Program-made: the position numbers and the translations under genes
Notes under the pieces: model-generated
What the model saw: only the letters and a program-made list of their open reading frames with translations
Databases searched by the model: none
What the model was told of the DNA's origin: nothing
Origin: Candidatus Dojkabacteria bacterium
GTDB lineage: Bacteria > Patescibacteriota > Dojkabacteria > B142 > OLB20
Reading direction: 5' to 3'
DNA: 64,000 nucleotides
Assembly (NCBI GenBank): GCA_035444565.1
Contig: DAOMOX010000002.1
Span: 211,207-275,206, forward strand
Shown: piece by piece, positions 59,033-64,000 of the stretch
Numbering within the stretch: the stretch's first letter is position 1
Layout of the letters: every line of letters starts with the position of its first letter

Positions 59033-60256
59033 CTAAATAGTGTCACTATTTTGAGTCAATAATTTTTCTTCAAAATCTTTTATGTCTCTATGTTGAACCT
59101 CAACTTCACCCTCATTGTCTTCTTCTTCATATTCATCCCCCTCTTCATCGTCATATTCCTCATCTTCTTCATTTTTTATTAGTCTTGCGAATTTGAAAAT
59201 GAAATATAGCACTATTACTAAGATTATCAATATAATTCCGATTATCATAAATTCTACGAGAATTTTATCTAATATTGCTCCTGTAAGATCTTTAACGTAA
59301 TCCATTATTAACTTAACATTTGCTTCGTTATAAATTTTTGATGATAAGTTAATGTTTCTCCATAGAAGAAAGTCTGCAACAAGTCTCAAGGCAACCTTGG
59401 ATATCAAACTGAGTAAAACTATCAAGACTGCAACATTTCCAATTATTTTTAAAAAAGCTAATGCGGGTTTTTCTGAAAACCTAATAGCGAGGAATCCACT
59501 CACGAATGCAGTTAGAAATCCGAAAATTGAATACAATTTAATATTTTCTAATACAGTTGGAATTTTTGAAAACTCTGAATTATTAAACCTCTGTAGATTT
59601 TCGTCTTTCAAGGTGTACTCTTCGTCTATCTCACCTAACACTTCCCCCAAGAATCCTTCTAGAAAAGTTTGTCCATTCACATTTCCCAATCTAGCGACAA
59701 AATCTTTTTCAATAAATTCTTTCAAAAATGGACCTCCACATTCAATTTCTCCGATAAGGTAAGTAGCGTCAGTGATATCCGACAAGGAACTACATTGGGG
59801 CAAATCTGAGTATCCAGATATGGTTATTAAATCATTCACAAAATTTTCATCACTTCCTGCTTTTTCGTAATTCTCAATAATTAGCTCTTTGGGGAAATAT
59901 AGCATAAACTCTGAGTCTCCTTTCAGCCAATTCGTCACATATTCAACGTTTTTGCCCCATGCATTCGTCAAAACACTTTCGAAATTAATATTTTCTAAAA
60001 TCGTTCGGATTATCCGTGCAGTTAATTTTGGGGGGAAACTGTTCTCATCATCGACTTCAAGCTCATTTTTTAGGTAATTATCTAAGTTTTCGTCAATAAT
60101 TTCCGAAACCCTTTCTGTTGATTCTACTTGTTCAAAAGCATTTATATGAACTTGGGGATCTAATAATCGAAATCTGAAGTAAACCGAGACAAAACTCACT
60201 AAAATGAGAATAGTTGTTATTAATGAAAAGTTGAAACTGATAAAACGTTTTATCAT
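59033..60256 (-). CDS. membrane protein with acidic C-terminal tail, unknown function
   Basis: 407 aa with N-terminal and C-terminal TM segments and a terminal DEEYDDEEGDEYEEED tail. Confidence 0.5.
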   Translation of the reverse strand: MIKRFISFNFSLITTILILVSFVSVYFRFRLLDPQVHINAFEQVESTERVSEIIDENLDNYLKNELEVDDENSFPPKLTARIIRTILENINFESVLTNAWGKNVEYVTNWLKGDSEFMLYFPKELIIENYEKAGSDENFVNDLITISGYSDLPQCSSLSDITDATYLIGEIECGGPFLKEFIEKDFVARLGNVNGQTFLEGFLGEVLGEIDEEYTLKDENLQRFNNSEFSKIPTVLENIKLYSIFGFLTAFVSGFLAIRFSEKPALAFLKIIGNVAVLIVLLSLISKVALRLVADFLLWRNINLSSKIYNEANVKLIMDYVKDLTGAILDKILVEFMIIGIILIILVIVLYFIFKFARLIKNEEDEEYDDEEGDEYEEEDNEGEVEVQHRDIKDFEEKLLTQNSDTI

Positions 60257-60385
60257 GATTTCTTTAATCTACCCAATATTACATTTTCTGGCAAGTATTA
60301 GAAGATATTTTAATCAGCTAAATTACCTTTTCATTTACTACTTATATCACTACTGATAAAATACGAATATTCTTATTGAAACCAC

Positions 60386-60862
60386 TTGTATATAAATTTA
60401 GGTAAAACAAAAAAAAGAAAACCTGAGCAAATCTCCCTTGATTTAAAGAAAGACAAACTCGAGGGATATTATACGATAAAAAGAAAATTAGCCTATATGG
60501 AGGCCACAGTTGAAGCTTTACCATATTGGAAGAATTTCCTCAGTGTATTGTCATTTTTACTTTTTGTTCTATTGGTAATTTTCAATATCTACATTGTAAT
60601 AACCAAATACCAAGAATTACCCAAAGAATTGCCACTTATTTACTCACAATCAAACAATACTTGGAATTTGATTGATAAGGAATTCTATTTATTAATACCG
60701 TTCGTACTCTTAATTGTGTTATTTATTTTAATAAGATTAAATACCCTGACTTTTAAGTTCGACAGAAGATTGGCTACTATGATAAATTTGACACTTATTC
60801 TTACATCGTTACTAGGATTCATTGCCTATGTTCAATTATTTTCATTTGTATTAATTTACTAA
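60386..60862 (+). CDS. small polytopic membrane protein
   Basis: 158 aa with about 4 TM helices. It lies 1 nt upstream of the MraY/WecA-like gene. Confidence 0.45.
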   Translation: MYINLGKTKKRKPEQISLDLKKDKLEGYYTIKRKLAYMEATVEALPYWKNFLSVLSFLLFVLLVIFNIYIVITKYQELPKELPLIYSQSNNTWNLIDKEFYLLIPFVLLIVLFILIRLNTLTFKFDRRLATMINLTLILTSLLGFIAYVQLFSFVLIY

Positions 60863-60863
60863 G

Positions 60864-62069
60864 TTGTTTGATTTAGAATTTATAAAACCCTACCTAGAAT
60901 TCAGTCCTCAACTTTTTGTGGCATTCACTATCAGCTTGTTGCTCACTCCTTTTGTGGGTTACATTGCAAGAAGATATGGATTTATCGACTTACCTCTTTC
61001 ACAAAGACCTCGCGCAGAGAAAACATTGGAGCAGAAAATTCATAATCGAACACTTCCTCGTCTGGGTGGACTTGCGGTATTAGTGCCGTTTCTGTTGATT
61101 TTTATGACTTCGGTTGAGTTGACAACTCAGATGTGGGGAATAATCTTTGGAGTCTTGGTACTGATGATTTCGGGTGCAGTTGATGACAAATTCGACCTTT
61201 CAAGTAAACAACAGTTCTTTTTTCAAATTTTAGCATCCATAATCACTGTAATTGCTGGTACTAGCATCACTTTTATACAAGTTATGGGTGTTGAAATTGA
61301 CCTAAATCTATTTTCAAAAGAATTTTTCATAGGTGACTTGATTTACAATTTCGTTTTCCCTGCTGATCTTTTCACAGTATTCTGGATTGTAACCATAATC
61401 AATGCCTTGAACTGGGTGTTTGGAATAGATGCTCTTGGCGAAGGAATTACCATCATCACGTCAATCACAATTATGTTCATCGCCGTTAAAACCGGTAGAC
61501 CAGAACTCGCGATTTTACCTGCAGCATTAGGTGCTTCACTATTAGGCTACTTCCCATATAATTATCCACCGTCTAAAATCATCAGTGGAACAATCGGAAC
61601 GAGTTCTTACGGATATCTAGTAGCTGTATTGGCTACGATATCAGGAGCGAAAATCTCCACTGCTATATTGTTGTTAACGCTACCACTTTTCGACATGTTC
61701 TGGGTGATAATTTATCGTCTCACTCACTTTAAAAACGTTCCTCTGTTGAAAAGACCATTTCAGAGTGGTCGTGTCCACCTCCATCACAGATTAATGAATG
61801 CTGGATATACCATGAAAGAAACGGTTGTAATAGAAACAGCAGTAATGGCCGTAATTGCAGTTCTGGCATATTATCTAGCAGGATTTGGAGCAAAATTACT
61901 TTCAATATCAATCTTTATGGCAATTATCGCTTTAATTGCATCAATCACAGTATTATCTTCACGAAAGAAAAGAGCCCAAGAAAGATTAAAACGTATGAAA
62001 GCGAGAGATGACGTTCCACCACCAACTATTGAGAAGGATATCCCCCCTGAGGAAAGATACGCTTACTGA
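60864..62069 (+). CDS. MraY/WecA-family polyprenyl-phosphate N-acetylhexosamine-1-phosphate transferase
   Basis: Mg-binding ISGAVDDKFDL and a second conserved block NALNWVFGIDALGEG, with about 10 TM helices and a basic C-terminal tail. Confidence 0.8.
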   Translation: MFDLEFIKPYLEFSPQLFVAFTISLLLTPFVGYIARRYGFIDLPLSQRPRAEKTLEQKIHNRTLPRLGGLAVLVPFLLIFMTSVELTTQMWGIIFGVLVLMISGAVDDKFDLSSKQQFFFQILASIITVIAGTSITFIQVMGVEIDLNLFSKEFFIGDLIYNFVFPADLFTVFWIVTIINALNWVFGIDALGEGITIITSITIMFIAVKTGRPELAILPAALGASLLGYFPYNYPPSKIISGTIGTSSYGYLVAVLATISGAKISTAILLLTLPLFDMFWVIIYRLTHFKNVPLLKRPFQSGRVHLHHRLMNAGYTMKETVVIETAVMAVIAVLAYYLAGFGAKLLSISIFMAIIALIASITVLSSRKKRAQERLKRMKARDDVPPPTIEKDIPPEERYAY

Positions 62070-62198
62070 GTTGTCGTTCCTGCGAAAGCAGGAATCTCTA
62101 TGGAGTAATACATTTTCCCTAATTTAGACTCCTGACTACGCAGGAGTGACAATGAGAAAATGTTTCTGCTATACTTTTAATCAATTTTTTTAATACTT

Positions 62199-62480
62199 AT
62201 GTCAGCACTAGTTACAAAAATCACAGAAGATCGCCATGAGGGCAAAAACCCAAAAAGGAAATATCAAATTGAAATACTAAGAGATGTTTGCATCGGGGCT
62301 GCGAGTTGCGTGGCTATTGCTCCTGAAACTTTCGGTCTTGATGACGAAAACAAAGTAGTTATCGTGGAGAGTGACTGGGATGAAGATGAAATTGTGCTAG
62401 CTGCTGCCCAGTCATGTCCTGTTTTCGCGATTATCGTGAAAGACGCACAGACTGGACAACAGATTTTCCCAGTCGTTTAA
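62199..62480 (+). CDS. ferredoxin-like [4Fe-4S] protein
   Basis: Cys pattern CIGAASC…C…CP that fits a single-cluster ferredoxin. Confidence 0.55.
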   Translation: MSALVTKITEDRHEGKNPKRKYQIEILRDVCIGAASCVAIAPETFGLDDENKVVIVESDWDEDEIVLAAAQSCPVFAIIVKDAQTGQQIFPVV

Positions 62481-62759
62481 TTATTGTCCTAAGCCAAAAC
62501 TTTGTATTAGTTCAGGAAGATTTTCTCCAGTGAACGGAGAATTAGGTGAGACCAATTGTACTGCACCAGATAAACAATTTTCAACAGCACATGCATCTAG
62601 ACGATCCGCCCCTATAGCCCATGCTATTCCTCCCAATACAGCACCTGCAGCAACACCTCCTAAAATCCATGCTAATTTACTTCGATTTGAGGTAGGTTGA
62701 GTCTCTGATTGCATGTCCAAATCAGCTAAGTCTTGATAGTGATCAACTCCATAAGCCAT
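62481..62759 (-). CDS. small membrane protein (92 aa)
   Basis: One glycine-rich TM helix (LAWILGGVAAGAVLGGIAWAIGA) and a noticeably GC-richer gene. Confidence 0.4.
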   Translation of the reverse strand: MAYGVDHYQDLADLDMQSETQPTSNRSKLAWILGGVAAGAVLGGIAWAIGADRLDACAVENCLSGAVQLVSPNSPFTGENLPELIQSFGLGQ

Positions 62760-62911
62760 ATTTTTTAGTTAATAATTTAGTTGAATAAATTATATCATAC
62801 CTTTACGTTTTGCATATATATCCATTCGCCATATATAATATTGGTCAAATTTAAAAAATATAACTTCGCTATGTCCTTTCTGTTAAAATAACATTTCCTT
62901 AATTATACAAA

Positions 62912-63658
62912 ATGTTAGAAATAAAAAATTTATATTGTCAGTCTGCTGATGGAAAAGGAATCTTGAAAGGAGTGAACTTGGATATAAAACCAGGAGAGCT
63001 TCATGTTTTGATGGGCCCGAACGGCTCTGGTAAATCCACACTATCGAAGACATTGATGGGACATCCGAGTTTCGAAATCACCAACGGCTCTATAGAGCTT
63101 GATGGTGAGAATATTACTGAGGAAGAAGCGAACGAAAGAGCTCATAGTGGTCTTTTTGTTGCTTATCAATATCCTGTTGAGGTGCCAGGTGTGAATTTCT
63201 CAAATTTCTTAAGATTAGCTTATAACTCAAGCAAATCTGACAAAGAAAAACTCCCAGTATTCAAATTTCGAAAACTTCTCAAAGAGAAGGCACAAGAGTT
63301 AGATTTCTCTGAAAGTCTTCTGGATAGGAACTTAAATGAGGATTTATCTGGAGGAGAAAAGAAAAAAGCTGAGATTTTACAACTAGCAGTGTTAAAACCT
63401 AAATATGCAATTCTCGATGAAACCGACTCTGGACTTGACCTTGATGCATTGAAATCTGTTTTTCAAGCTGTGAACAATATTATTGCTTCCGAGAAAAAAC
63501 TAGGAGTGTTGATTATTACTCACTATCAACGTATTTTCGATTATATTACTCCTGATTATGTACATGTATTAAGTGATGGAAAAATTGTAGAAAGCGGAGA
63601 TAGGGAACTGATAGATAAAATTGAAAAAGACGGATATAAACAATTCAAAAATGTCTGA
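62912..63658 (+). CDS. sufC: Fe-S cluster assembly ATPase SufC
   Basis: Walker A GPNGSGKST and an ABC signature LSGGEKKKAEI. It ends in a TGA stop, consistent with the standard code. Confidence 0.95.
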   Translation: MLEIKNLYCQSADGKGILKGVNLDIKPGELHVLMGPNGSGKSTLSKTLMGHPSFEITNGSIELDGENITEEEANERAHSGLFVAYQYPVEVPGVNFSNFLRLAYNSSKSDKEKLPVFKFRKLLKEKAQELDFSESLLDRNLNEDLSGGEKKKAEILQLAVLKPKYAILDETDSGLDLDALKSVFQAVNNIIASEKKLGVLIITHYQRIFDYITPDYVHVLSDGKIVESGDRELIDKIEKDGYKQFKNV

Positions 63659-64000
63659 TAAATCCCTCCAACGACAAAAAACAAACGCAGGCAATCTACT
63701 TGAAGAAGAGACGCAAATCGCACGTCAAATTAACACGGATTATGACGAAAAATATGGATTCAGTGACTCTCATATTTCGAAAACAGATATCGGAGCTGGA
63801 ATAAGCGAAGAAATTATAAGAAAGATTTCAAAATTAAAAAATGAAGATGAATGGATGCTCGATTTAAGATTGAAAGCTTATGAATATTTCATCTCAAAAG
63901 AAATGCCAACCTGGGGAGCAGATCTTTCTGAAATAGATTTTGACAAAATCCACTACTTCGTCAGAGCCACAGAGAAGCAAGGACGAAACTGGTCTGAAGT
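63651..64000 (+). CDS. sufB: Fe-S cluster assembly protein SufB, N-terminal part (runs off window end)
   Basis: The ATG at 63651 overlaps the sufC end by 8 nt. The N-terminus reads …YGFSDSHISKTDIGAGISEEIIRKIS…WMLDLRLKAY, as in SufB. Confidence 0.8.
   Translation, partial: MSDKSLQRQKTNAGNLLEEETQIARQINTDYDEKYGFSDSHISKTDIGAGISEEIIRKISKLKNEDEWMLDLRLKAYEYFISKEMPTWGADLSEIDFDKIHYFVRATEKQGRNWSE

Noticed and set aside
1-64000. An alternative genetic code with UGA recoded, as in Gracilibacteria or Absconditabacteria.
   Set aside because: Conserved genes such as sufC, the ribosomal proteins, tuf and fusA are full length with standard stops, including TGA stops. No in-frame TGA is needed.

Overview
This is an AT-rich bacterial chromosome segment that uses the standard genetic code: conserved genes are full length and several end in TGA stops. 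The gene content suggests a reduced-genome organism of the Patescibacteria/CPR type; this is inferred from content, not from a database search. In the ribosomal block, L30 and adenylate kinase are absent, several ribosomal proteins carry lysine-rich extensions, and S14 is the zinc-binding type-Z form.

The backbone is a long minus-strand run (about 27.2-46.8 kb) holding an S10-spc-alpha ribosomal super-operon preceded by fusA and tuf: rpsJ, rplCDWB, rpsS, rplV, rpsC, rplP, rpmC, rpsQ, rplNXE, rpsZ, rpsH, rplFR, rpsE, rplO, secY, map, infA, rpmJ, rpsMKD, rpoA, rplQ, rplM, rpsI. Other housekeeping genes are eno plus a partial gpmI, ylxR-nusA, trxB, sufC plus a partial sufB, and a MraY/WecA-like transferase.

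RNA genes that I could read directly are:
- tRNA-Ser(GGA), tRNA-Glu(CUC), tRNA-Lys(CUU) and tRNA-Arg(UCG), all on the minus strand.
- A bacterial type-A RNase P RNA (rnpB) on the minus strand at about 17.99-18.42 kb. The ORF track mistakes this region for small ORFs.

The most interesting region is a translationally coupled minus-strand cluster at 18.5-27.1 kb. It encodes a VirB4/TrbE-like ATPase with a Walker A motif and the characteristic DEAW Walker B motif, plus an Asn/Gln/Pro-rich tail of about 120 aa. A separate 227-aa ORF looks like the detached VirB4 N-terminal segment. A 265-aa 2-TM protein resembles VirB3 fused to a beta-sandwich domain. greA is embedded in the cluster. A 1036-aa protein has an SDR/epimerase-like cytoplasmic N-terminus, one TM helix and a large C-terminal domain. 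A PEGA-like membrane protein is also present. Next to this cluster sit a 1211-aa protein with a twin-arginine (RRDFLGK) motif and an HExxH motif, a Fic-family AMPylase with a C-terminal HTH, and a frameshifted queuosine-precursor transporter. Together these form a candidate type-IV-secretion-like, host-interaction module with unusual architecture.

Accessory-type regions at 2.7-9.3 kb and 46.9-62.8 kb carry small enzymes: MazG-like, cupins, PNPOx-like, an alpha/beta hydrolase, a YpfJ metallopeptidase, a PpaC-like DHH protein with altered His motifs, and an HNH endonuclease beside tRNAs. Around tRNA-Ser there is a palindromic GC-hairpin repeat family and a degraded tRNA-Ser duplicate.
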